A DNA stretch of 44,385 nucleotides, taken from NCBI GenBank assembly GCA_039679545.1, contig JBDKUT010000108.1, positions 1 to 44,385 of the forward strand. The letters run 5' to 3'. Numbering within the stretch: the first letter of the stretch is position 1; each line of letters opens with the position of its first letter. This document shows, in pieces, positions 19,050 to 26,910 of the stretch. A model generated the notes under the pieces. That model did not search any database, had not been told where the DNA came from, and was given only the letters and a program-made list of their open reading frames with translations. Made by a program: the position numbers and the translations under genes. The DNA comes from Thermotogota bacterium. Lineage in GTDB: Bacteria > Bipolaricaulota > Bipolaricaulia > UBA7950 > UBA9294.

Positions 19050-19987
19050 CGGTCGGCAGCGCGGTCTTGAGCATCCTGGTCTTCCCGGGCTTCCTCTTCC
19101 TCGTCGCCTTCGGGCTCGCCGGGGAGTTCGTAGACCGGAAGCTGTACGCGCGCCTGCAGAACCGCCAGGGTCCGCCGTGGTACCAGCCGCTCGCGGACTT
19201 CCTGAAGCTCCTCGGCAAGGAGAACGTCATCCCCGAGGACGCCGACCGGCCGATCTTCCGGCTTGCCCCCGTGTTCGCCCTCGCCGCCACCATCGCCGCA
19301 ATCCTCTACATTCCGCTTTGGAGCACGACGTCGGTCCTCCCGTTCGAGGGAGACCTGATCGTCGTTCTCTACCTGCTCGTCATCCCGACCGTGGCGTTCT
19401 TCCTCGGCGGCTGGACGTCACGCAGCGTGTTCGCGACGATCGGCGCGTTCCGCGCGATCACTCAGGTCTTCGCTTACGAGATTCCGCTCTTTGTCGCGCT
19501 CCTCGCGCCGGCGCTCCTCGCCAACACGTGGTCCATCTCCGGGATCGCCGCGTACTACGGCAGCCACCCTTGGATGTGGTTGGTGAACCTCCTTGGATTC
19601 GGCGTCGCGCTCGTCTCGTTGCTCGGAAAGCTCGAAAAGGTTCCCTTCGACACGCCCGAAGCGGAGACGGAAATCGTCGCCGGCAGTTTCACCGAGTACA
19701 GCGGGCGGCGGTTGGCCTTCTTCCGCCTGGCCATCGACTGCGAGGCGATCGTCGGGGCGTCGCTCGTGGCTGCCGTGTTCCTGCCGTTCGGCCTCGGGCT
19801 CCCGCCGGTTCTCGGAATCCTGGTGTACCTGGCGAAAGTGCTCTTGATCCTCGGGACCCTCGCGCTCCTGCGGACGCTGTTCGCACGCCTTCGCATCGAC
19901 CAGATGGTGCACTTCTGCTGGTCCGTCGTCGCGCCGATCGCGTTCCTCCAGATCCTGATCAACCTTGTCGTAAGGGAGCTGATCTAG
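19046..19987 (+). CDS. NuoH-like membrane subunit
   Basis: DRKLYARLQNRQGPP, DFLKLLGKE, PFDTPEAETEIVAG, ARLRIDQ. Confidence 0.92.
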   Translation: MTVGSAVLSILVFPGFLFLVAFGLAGEFVDRKLYARLQNRQGPPWYQPLADFLKLLGKENVIPEDADRPIFRLAPVFALAATIAAILYIPLWSTTSVLPFEGDLIVVLYLLVIPTVAFFLGGWTSRSVFATIGAFRAITQVFAYEIPLFVALLAPALLANTWSISGIAAYYGSHPWMWLVNLLGFGVALVSLLGKLEKVPFDTPEAETEIVAGSFTEYSGRRLAFFRLAIDCEAIVGASLVAAVFLPFGLGLPPVLGILVYLAKVLLILGTLALLRTLFARLRIDQMVHFCWSVVAPIAFLQILINLVVRELI

Positions 19988-19989
19988 TC

Positions 19990-20418
19990 ATGGCGTGCAC
20001 GCTGTGGCGACGCCCGGGGCGAATGGTGCCGTCCCTGTTGCGATCGTTGTTCCGCCACCCGGCGACAACGCGGTACCCGTTCGTGAAGTGGGTCATGCCC
20101 GCGGACTTCCGAGGCCGTCCCGTCGTCCACACCGAGAATTGCATCGGCTGCAAGATGTGCGTCCGCAACTGCCCGTCGGCCGCGATCGACATTGAGAAAG
20201 TCGGCGAGAAGCAGTTCGAGGCGAGGATCGATCTCGGGCGGTGCGTCTACTGCGGTCGTTGCGCTGAGGTGTGCCCGAAGAAGACAATCGAGCTCACCAA
20301 GGACTTCGAACTCGCCGCCCTCGACCGGAAGACCCTGAAGGTCGTCTACGATGCCCCACCGCCGCCCGCCCCTGCTGCAAGCCCTGAGTCAGGCTCTGAG
20401 AGCGACGCCGGAGCTTGA
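19990..20418 (+). CDS. NuoI-like 2x[4Fe-4S] subunit
   Basis: PATTRYP, CIGCKMCVRNCP and CVYCGRCAEVCP. Confidence 0.9.
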   Translation: MACTLWRRPGRMVPSLLRSLFRHPATTRYPFVKWVMPADFRGRPVVHTENCIGCKMCVRNCPSAAIDIEKVGEKQFEARIDLGRCVYCGRCAEVCPKKTIELTKDFELAALDRKTLKVVYDAPPPPAPAASPESGSESDAGA

Positions 20419-20857
20419 CCGCCGCGTCGTGGTCGTGGGGGTCGGGTCCACTCTCCGCTCGGATGACGCGGCGGGGTTGCGAATCGCTGAGGCTCTCCGC
20501 ACATTGGCCCTTCCGAACGTCCTCGTCCTGTTCGGCGACACCGCCCCGGAGAACGTTACGGGGGAGGTTCGCCGCGCACGCCCGTCCCACGTCCTCTTCG
20601 TCGACGCCGCGGACCTCGGCGAGTCGCCAGGGTCCGTGCGTCTTCTCGACGCCGCAGAGATTGGCGGGATGTCGTCCAGCACTCACACACTTCCACTCGG
20701 CGTGATCGCCGACTACCTGACGCGGGATCTCGGTTGCCGGGTCCTCTTCCTGGGGTTGCAGCCGAAGTCGGTCGCGTTCGGCGAAGGCTTGTCCCGCGAA
20801 GTCTCCTCCGCGGTGGCCGAGACGACAGAGGCCCTTGCGTGCGCCCTCGGCGCGTGA
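20351..20857 (+). CDS. hycI: Hydrogenase maturation endopeptidase (HycI-like)
   Basis: VGVGSTLRSDDAAG, TAPEN, VDAA, SSTHTLPL, GLQP; start uncertain. Confidence 0.88.
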   Translation: MPHRRPPLLQALSQALRATPELDRRVVVVGVGSTLRSDDAAGLRIAEALRTLALPNVLVLFGDTAPENVTGEVRRARPSHVLFVDAADLGESPGSVRLLDAAEIGGMSSSTHTLPLGVIADYLTRDLGCRVLFLGLQPKSVAFGEGLSREVSSAVAETTEALACALGA

Positions 20858-20870
20858 GATCCGAAGCCCA

Positions 20871-21491
20871 TCACTCAGGTCGGCGCCGCTTCGCCCGCGC
20901 CTGACGGACGACAAAGACAGCCACCAGGCCAGCGAGAGCGGCAAGCACGAGGATATCGACAAGGCGCGCGTACCGGAGCACGACCTCCCAGTTGGCACGC
21001 AGGACGTACCCGCACCAGGCGAGAAAGGCATTCCAGGTCGCCGCTCCGGCTACGGTGAGGAGACAGAACGGGACAAGACCCATCCTCGCGACCCCGGCCG
21101 GAATCGAGATGAGGTGGCGAACCACGGGGATGAACCGTCCGAGGAAGATTGTGAGACGGCCGCGTCGGGAGAAGAACCTCTCAGCACGGTCGAGATCGGC
21201 GACGTCAAGCAGAAGAACTCTTCCGTACTTCACGACGAGCGGCCGCCCGCCGAAGCGCCCGATCGCGTACGAGAGAAGCGATCCCACAAGACTCCCGAGC
21301 GTAGCCAGCGCGACGGCAATCGGAGCCGACATCGTCCCCTCGGCGACGAGAAACCCCACAAACGGCATGACCGCTTCGCTGGGCACGGGGAGGACCATGC
21401 TTTCCGCGACCATCAAGAAGAAGACGCCGGCATAGCCGGTCGCCTCCATCACCTGCATCCCCACGGCCGCGAAGAACTCGGTGACTCCCAT
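20871..21491 (-). CDS. DedA family membrane protein
   Basis: AESMVLPVPSE, GSLLSYAIGRFGG, GRFIPVVRHLISIPAG. Confidence 0.93.
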   Translation of the reverse strand: MGVTEFFAAVGMQVMEATGYAGVFFLMVAESMVLPVPSEAVMPFVGFLVAEGTMSAPIAVALATLGSLVGSLLSYAIGRFGGRPLVVKYGRVLLLDVADLDRAERFFSRRGRLTIFLGRFIPVVRHLISIPAGVARMGLVPFCLLTVAGAATWNAFLAWCGYVLRANWEVVLRYARLVDILVLAALAGLVAVFVVRQARAKRRRPE

Positions 21492-21605
21492 GCGCTCCTG
21501 CGCCGCCGGTCTTTAGACAAGACCTGCAGCGTCTGAGTGACTTCACTCGATCGGACGAGGAATGTCAAGCAGGAACCTGCCCGAAACCCAGCGTCCGTTG
21601 CTGCC

Positions 21606-21635
21606 TTGACAGCGCGGCGGCGCCTCCCATACCAT
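21606..21635 (+). promoter_or_regulatory. Promoter of the tRNA cluster
   Basis: TTGACA-18 nt-TACCAT, 15 nt upstream of tRNA-Lys. Confidence 0.6.
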
Positions 21636-21650
21636 TCACTTCGGCGTTTC

Positions 21651-21722
21651 GGGTCGTTAGCTCAACGGTAGAGCAGCGGACTCTTAATCCGTCGGTTACA
21701 GGTTCGAATCCTGTACGGCCCA
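21651..21722 (+). tRNA. tRNA-Lys(CTT)
   Basis: Acceptor GGGTCGT/ACGGCCC, anticodon arm GCGGA-ctCTTaa-TCCGT, GGTTCGAATCC; CCA not encoded. Confidence 0.96.
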
Positions 21723-21755
21723 CAGTGCTCCCGAGGGTATTCCTCTCGGGCTCTC

Positions 21756-21829
21756 GGGTCGTTAGCTCAGCCGGTTAGAGCACCTGACTTTTAATCAGGG
21801 GGTCGCTGGTTCGAGTCCAGCACGACCCA
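21756..21829 (+). tRNA. tRNA-Lys(TTT)
   Basis: Acceptor GGGTCGT/ACGACCC, CCTGA-ctTTTaa-TCAGG; CCA not encoded. Confidence 0.96.
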
Positions 21830-21835
21830 CGTTGA

Positions 21836-21865
21836 TTGAAACGGGATCGCACGGGATCCTATAAT
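21836..21865 (+). promoter_or_regulatory. Internal promoter before tRNA-Glu
   Basis: TTGAAA-18 nt-TATAAT; ACGGGATC occurs twice across the spacer. Confidence 0.55.
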
Positions 21866-21877
21866 TCCGATCGACCT

Positions 21878-21953
21878 GTCCCCATCATCTAGTGGCCCAG
21901 GATACCGGGTTTTCATCCCGGCGACAGGGGTTCAAATCCCCTTGGGGACGCCA
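21878..21953 (+). tRNA. tRNA-Glu(TTC)
   Basis: Acceptor GTCCCCA/TGGGGAC, CCGGG-ttTTCat-CCCGG, encoded CCA. Confidence 0.96.
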
Positions 21954-21990
21954 GCGAGTATCTTGCGAATCCAGAGGTGCTCGCTATAAT

Positions 21991-22063
21991 GGGCGAGTAG
22001 CTCAGTTGGGAGAGCATCCGGCTTACATCCGGAAGGTCGCAGGTTCGAGTCCTGTCTTGCCCA
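21991..22063 (+). tRNA. tRNA-Val(TAC)
   Basis: Acceptor GGGCGAG/CTTGCCC, TCCGG-ctTACat-CCGGA; CCA not encoded. Confidence 0.95.
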
Positions 22064-22077
22064 CTGGCTATCCGTAC

Positions 22078-22153
22078 GGGGACGTGGTCCAGTCAGGCCT
22101 AAGACGCTGGATTGTCACTCCAGAGATCGCCGGTTCAAATCCGGTCGTCCCCG
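22078..22153 (+). tRNA. tRNA-Asp(GTC)
   Basis: Acceptor GGGGACG/CGTCCCC, CTGGA-ttGTCac-TCCAG; CCA not encoded. Confidence 0.95.
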
Positions 22154-22162
22154 CATGATCCC

Positions 22163-22238
22163 GCCGAGGTAGCTCAGCTGGTAGAGCACGGCCCTGAAAA
22201 GACCGGTGTCCCCAGTTCGACTCTGGGCCTCGGCACCA
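22163..22238 (+). tRNA. tRNA-Phe(GAA)
   Basis: Acceptor GCCGAGG/CCTCGGC, CGGCC-ctGAAaa-GACCG (one C-A mismatch), encoded CCA. Confidence 0.94.
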
Positions 22239-22387
22239 CTTCCCAGCCCTCGACCTTCGACCGAATTTCCCAACAAGTCTTCCGAAGCTTCGTAGCGCGC
22301 CCTGAGCCAGGAGAAGCACGTTTCCGGGATCGACGCGGAAATGCCTCATCTCATCTGCATTTCCGACCTGTGACACAGGCTGCGTCC

Positions 22388-22584
22388 TGTGGACAACCCT
22401 GTGGACAAAGGGTCCGAAATGGCTCTCGATGAGAGGTTTGCTGTGGATAAGTTTCGGCGGCAATGAAATGCCCCACACGTGAAGTCCGAGTCACACGCAC
22501 CGAACCCCGCCGTCCCCATGTTGTCCACAGACCGGCATATAGCTATATGCCTTATCAGGATTGCGTTTCCGAGCGTTTTCCACA
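22388..22584. other. DnaA-box cluster upstream of dnaA (oriC part 1 / dnaA autoregulation)
   Basis: TGTGGACAA 22388-96 and 22400-08, perfect TGTGGATAA 22442-50, TTGTCCACA 22521-29, TTTTCCACA 22576-84. Confidence 0.8.
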
Positions 22585-22817
22585 ATCCCCAGCTGCCGTG
22601 CTCGTGGCGATAGGTCGTCGCCCAGCGAAATCGACCGGGTAGCAGTCCGGGGACACGTGTCTCGCCATCGCATAGGTCTTCCGGCGCTTCGGCGAGAGAC
22701 GGGCTTCCGCTGCTGCGTTGCCATCCGACCTCGTCGGCCTTGCCTCCATCGTCCCCCCTTGACCCCACGACTTGTCGTTCGTTACGCTCACCTTCGGTGA
22801 AGCCATGAGGAGGACTG

Positions 22818-24176
22818 GTGGGCGAGAGTCCTGTTACTGTTTGGGATAGCGTAATGTCCGATCTTCGGACTCAGGTCCCGTCAACAAGCTACGAAGCCTG
22901 GCTCTCGGACATCGAGCCGCTCGAGGTGAGTGAGGGATCGCTTGTCATCGGGGTCCCCGACAGCTTCAAGAAAGGCGGCATCGAGCGCCGTTACCGAGCG
23001 ACCATCGAGGAAATCGCGTCGTCCGTGTGTCAGCGGCCGCTCGCCCTTGAGGTCCGCGTTGTCGGTTCGGAGAGTGAGGACGCCACTCCCGCATTGGTTC
23101 ACAACGAGCTGGTCGTATCGGCCTCTCAAGGCGCGCTGCCTCTGAACCCGGACTACACGTTCGCTTCCTTCGTTCGCGGAGAAAACAACCGCCTCGCGGT
23201 GGCCGCCTCCGAAGCGACGGCGGACGCCGTCGTACGACGCCTCAAGAAGCCGTACAACCCCCTCTTTATCTATGGAAGCGTCGGTCTCGGGAAGACACAC
23301 CTGCTGCAAGCGATCGGGAATTTCGTTTCGTCCGCGGATCGGGACTGCGCCGTTACGTACACCACATCGGAGCGCTTCGCCATCGAGCTGATCAACGCCA
23401 TTCGCAGCAACACCACCGCCGCGTTCCGGGAGAAGTACCGCCAGGTCGACCTTCTGCTCATCGACGACGTCCATTTCTTGAAAGGCAAAGAAGCCACGCA
23501 GGAGGAGCTCTTCCATACGTTCAACGACCTTCATGGCAACAAGAAGCAAATCGTCCTCTCCAGCGATCGCCCTCCCGAGGACCTCTCGGGCCTCCAAGAG
23601 CGCCTGGTGTCGCGCTTCAAATGGGGACTCGAAGCCGACATTCAGCCGCCCAACTTCGAGACGCGGATGGCCATCCTGCGGGAGAAGGCGATCACACGCG
23701 GCATCGACGTCGACAACGATATTCTGGAGCTTATTGCAAAGCGCATCTCATCGAACGTCCGGGCCCTGGAGGGTGCCCTGGTGAAGGCGATTGCCTACGC
23801 CGAGCTTCAAGGCGAGAAGCTGACCCCGAAGAACCTGGAAGGGATTCTGCCCAAGGAAGGCCGACGGCCGAAACTAACGATTGCGCACATCAAAGATGAG
23901 ATCTCGACACGCTACCAACTCCCGCGCAGTGAGCTCGAAGGAGCAAGCCGCAAGAAAGAGATTTCGCAGGCTCGGCAGATCGCCATTTACCTCGCGCGCG
24001 AGCTGACGGAGCACTCTTTTCCCGCGATCGGGCGCGAGTTCGGCGATCGCGACCACACGACCATCATGCACTCATACTCGAAGATCAAAGCCCTGCTGAC
24101 GGATACACCGCTTCTCTACGCGGAGATCATCGAGATTCAGGAGACCCTCGAGTCGCGCTACTCACTCCTTCGATAG
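22818..24176 (+). CDS. dnaA: Chromosomal replication initiator DnaA
   Basis: YNPLFIYGSVGLGKTHLL, LLLIDDVHF, RLVSRF, SNVRALEGAL, RDHTT; GAGGAGG SD before the GTG start. Confidence 0.98.
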   Translation: MGESPVTVWDSVMSDLRTQVPSTSYEAWLSDIEPLEVSEGSLVIGVPDSFKKGGIERRYRATIEEIASSVCQRPLALEVRVVGSESEDATPALVHNELVVSASQGALPLNPDYTFASFVRGENNRLAVAASEATADAVVRRLKKPYNPLFIYGSVGLGKTHLLQAIGNFVSSADRDCAVTYTTSERFAIELINAIRSNTTAAFREKYRQVDLLLIDDVHFLKGKEATQEELFHTFNDLHGNKKQIVLSSDRPPEDLSGLQERLVSRFKWGLEADIQPPNFETRMAILREKAITRGIDVDNDILELIAKRISSNVRALEGALVKAIAYAELQGEKLTPKNLEGILPKEGRRPKLTIAHIKDEISTRYQLPRSELEGASRKKEISQARQIAIYLARELTEHSFPAIGREFGDRDHTTIMHSYSKIKALLTDTPLLYAEIIEIQETLESRYSLLR

Positions 24177-24231
24177 AGGATCGGGTTGCAGTTCCCCGTT
24201 TCCCTGACCGAGGACACCACGGGGCAAGCTC

Positions 24232-24446
24232 TGTGAACAACCTGCGACGTTTCACCTTCAATTGGGGGACGCGCCCTGGGGAAAGCCGAAGGCGTACGTT
24301 TTCCCCCAGCGATGTCCCCTGATTAACCAAAATTCTCTGCTGGTTTTCCACGAGATACCGGTAGCGCAAGATGGGACAAAGACGATTCTCCCGTAGTTGT
24401 CCCCCGTTTCCCAATCGCCTACAACTACAGCAAGAAGTACAAATAG
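24232..24446. other. Degenerate DnaA boxes and candidate unwinding region downstream of dnaA (oriC part 2)
   Basis: TGTGAACAA 24232-40, TTTTCCCCC 24299-307, TTTTCCACG 24344-52, TTGTCCCCC 24397-405, then A-rich triplet-periodic CTACAACTACAGCAAGAAGTACAAATAG. Confidence 0.55.
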
Positions 24447-24447
24447 A

Positions 24448-24910
24448 GAACTCCTAGAAGTTGTCCGGCACCGTAGCTCAGCCAATACGTACACCAAGCA
24501 GAAGGGCATCTTCCTCTGGCCGAAGGTCGTGGGGCAACTGGATAGCTTCGCCTAAATCTTGTTCGTGCAAGAGCTAGATCTACTTGATGCGGAGCTTCCT
24601 GGAAAACTAAATCAGCAACTCCACGAGGAGAAACTTCAGGGGAGACGTCCACCATCCACGACACAGAGGTCGCAGAGTGCGTATGGGCAAGCTATTGAGC
24701 TACGAAGTCGATCTCTTCGTCGACGTGGGCGATCCCGCGCTTCGGACAACATCCCTTGGGGGCTACCGGCGACAGCGTAGCCGTGAAGCTGCGCTTGCGG
24801 AAAGCAGTGGGCGTCGATGCTCGCGATGTGGGATCGCCTATGTAGGCCAAGACCCTGTATGTCCCGACTGTTGCTACAACGCGATTGAAGAGTCTTCGCA
24901 AGCGAACTAG
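24448..24910 (+). pseudogene. Disrupted DUF721/DciA-like protein with C-terminal Zn ribbon
   Basis: Frame 1: ELLEVV...IFLWPKVVGQLDSFA*(TAA 24553)ILFVQELDLLDAELPGKLNQQLHEE; frame 2: VGDPALR...GRRCSRCG...VCPDC; no start codon seen. Confidence 0.6.
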
Positions 24911-24922
24911 AATGGCGTCCTC

Positions 24923-25468
24923 ATGAAGCCCGTACGAAACACGACCATTCTCGCCATGTACTCGCCGGACGAACGCCGCGCCGTCATTGCCTGCGACGGA
25001 CAGGCGACGCTGGACACCACGGTGATCAAGAAGAACACGAGGAAGGTCTACCGATTGAATGACGACCGTGTGCTCGTCGGATTCGCCGGCGCGACGGCCG
25101 ACTGCCTCGCCCTCCTCGACAAGTTCGAAGGCAAGTTGAAGAAGTACGACGGCAAGCTCAAGCGTTCTGCCGTAGAGCTGACGAAAGAATGGCGGACGGA
25201 TCGGATCCTCCGCCACCTCGAGGCCGTCATGGCGGTCACGAGCGAGGAAGGAGTCCTCATGATCTCCGGTGCCGGCGACGTGCTCGAGCCGGACGGCGGA
25301 GTCCTCGGCATCGGATCGGGAGGCGCGTACGCGCTGGCGGCCGCGAAGGCGTTTGCGAGCATAGGGACTCTCAAAGTGGACGAGATCGCGCGGCGGTCGC
25401 TCGAGATCGCTGCGGAGATTGACATCTATACCAATGACCAGATCGTGGTCGAAGGCATCAGCTGGTAG
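24923..25468 (+). CDS. hslV: ATP-dependent protease peptidase subunit HslV
   Basis: TTI...DGQAT, GFAGATAD, KEWRTDRILRHLEA, GIGSGG, DIYTN. Confidence 0.96.
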   Translation: MKPVRNTTILAMYSPDERRAVIACDGQATLDTTVIKKNTRKVYRLNDDRVLVGFAGATADCLALLDKFEGKLKKYDGKLKRSAVELTKEWRTDRILRHLEAVMAVTSEEGVLMISGAGDVLEPDGGVLGIGSGGAYALAAAKAFASIGTLKVDEIARRSLEIAAEIDIYTNDQIVVEGISW

Positions 25469-25475
25469 GTGACGG

Positions 25476-26846
25476 ATGAGCGCATGGGCGGAAGTTCCCG
25501 ACGACCAGATTGCCGGCCTCACGCCGGGACAGATCGTCGAGGAACTCGACAAGTACATTGTGGGCCAGAAGGATGCGAAACGTGCCGTGGCGATCGCGCT
25601 CCGCAATCGAATGCGCCGGCAGTTTGTCGACGAGGAGATGCGGTACGAGATCAAGCCCAAGAACATCCTCATGATCGGTCCGACCGGCGTGGGGAAGACG
25701 GAGATCTCGCGGCGGCTGGCGCGTCTAACGACGTGCCCGTTCATCAAGGTCGAGGCGACGAAGTTCACGGAGGTCGGCTATGTCGGCCGTGACGTCGAGT
25801 CGATGGTCCGCGATCTCGTCGACATGTCGGTTGACATGATCCGCGAGGAGGAGATCGATCGCGTCGAGGATGAGGCCGAGCGGCTCGTGACGGAGGAGAT
25901 CCTCGACGCTCTTCTGCCGCCTCCGGCCGAGGGCGAGAAGGCTCCGACCGAGGAGTCTCCCCACAAGACGCGCGACAAGCTGCGCGAGAAGCTCGAGGCG
26001 GGGGATCTCGAGGAGCGCTACATTGAGATCACCGTTGAGGAACAAGCGCTGCCCCAGATCGAAGTCTTCTCGCAGGATGGAATGGACCAGATGGGGATTG
26101 ACATGGGCGACGTCCTCTCGGGGCTCCTCCCGCCGAACCGAAAGCAGAAGAAAGTTCGCATCCGCGAGGCCCGCGGCATCCTGTTCGAGCAGGTCGTCGA
26201 TCGGTTGATCAACATGGATGAGGTGCGCCAGGAAGGCCTGCGGCTTGCGGAGGAGATGGGGATCATCTTCATCGATGAGATCGACAAGATCGCCGCCGGT
26301 GGCCGCGAGGAGCTTGGAGGACCCGGCGTGTCGCGCCAGGGCGTACAGCGTGACCTCTTGCCGTTCCTTGAGGGCACGGCGGTACGAACGCGCTACGGGA
26401 CCGTCAGCACGGAGAACATCCTTTTCATCGCGGCGGGCGCGTTCAACATGTCGAAGCCGAGCGACCTCATTCCTGAGCTGCAGGGGCGCTTGCCCATCCG
26501 CGTCGAGCTCGACAACCTCACCGCCTCCGACTTCCTCCGGATCCTTACGGAGCCCAAGGATGCGCTCACCAAGCAGTATGCGGCGCTCCTGGCGACGGAA
26601 GGCATCGTGCTCGAGTTCGCGCCCGACGCGGTCGAGGCGCTCGCCGGGATTGCCTATGAGCTCAACCAGACGACGGAGAACATCGGGGCGCGCCGACTGA
26701 CGACGGTCATGGAGAAGCTCATCGAGGAAATCTCGTTCGAGGCAGATCGTCGCCGCGGCGAGACGATCGTCATCGACCGCGCGTACGTCAGCGCCCGCCT
26801 CGCCGGGATCGCCAAGGATCCCGATCTTTCTCGCTACATCCTGTAG
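25476..26846 (+). CDS. hslU: ATP-dependent protease ATPase subunit HslU
   Basis: [63 protein letters not shown]. Confidence 0.98.
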   Translation: MSAWAEVPDDQIAGLTPGQIVEELDKYIVGQKDAKRAVAIALRNRMRRQFVDEEMRYEIKPKNILMIGPTGVGKTEISRRLARLTTCPFIKVEATKFTEVGYVGRDVESMVRDLVDMSVDMIREEEIDRVEDEAERLVTEEILDALLPPPAEGEKAPTEESPHKTRDKLREKLEAGDLEERYIEITVEEQALPQIEVFSQDGMDQMGIDMGDVLSGLLPPNRKQKKVRIREARGILFEQVVDRLINMDEVRQEGLRLAEEMGIIFIDEIDKIAAGGREELGGPGVSRQGVQRDLLPFLEGTAVRTRYGTVSTENILFIAAGAFNMSKPSDLIPELQGRLPIRVELDNLTASDFLRILTEPKDALTKQYAALLATEGIVLEFAPDAVEALAGIAYELNQTTENIGARRLTTVMEKLIEEISFEADRRRGETIVIDRAYVSARLAGIAKDPDLSRYIL

Positions 26847-26910
26847 CGTTCCGTTGTAGCGCACGCGCGTTCCTGAGTAAGATGCTTCGCTTCGGAAGGA
26901 GGCTTTGGGG

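Noticed and set aside
22163..22238. C-A mismatch in the tRNA-Phe anticodon stem; four of the six tRNAs lack encoded CCA
   Set aside because: Single mismatches and post-transcriptional CCA addition are common; not evidence of pseudogenes
22239..22380. Possible island integrated at tRNA-Phe
   Set aside because: No integrase and no duplicated tRNA 3' end seen in the window
22471..22486. CACGTGAA as a possible parS site
   Set aside because: Only about half of the 16-bp TGTTTCACGTGAAACA consensus matches, and the flanks are not palindromic
21892..22806. Short ORFs over the tRNA cluster and upstream of dnaA, checked for rpmH
   Set aside because: They overlap tRNAs or DnaA boxes, and none has the L34 MKRTxQP signature
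26847..26910. T-box riboswitch upstream of thrS
   Set aside because: The gap is only about 64 nt and holds a promoter-like TTGTAG-18-TAAGAT plus SD; no T-box motif
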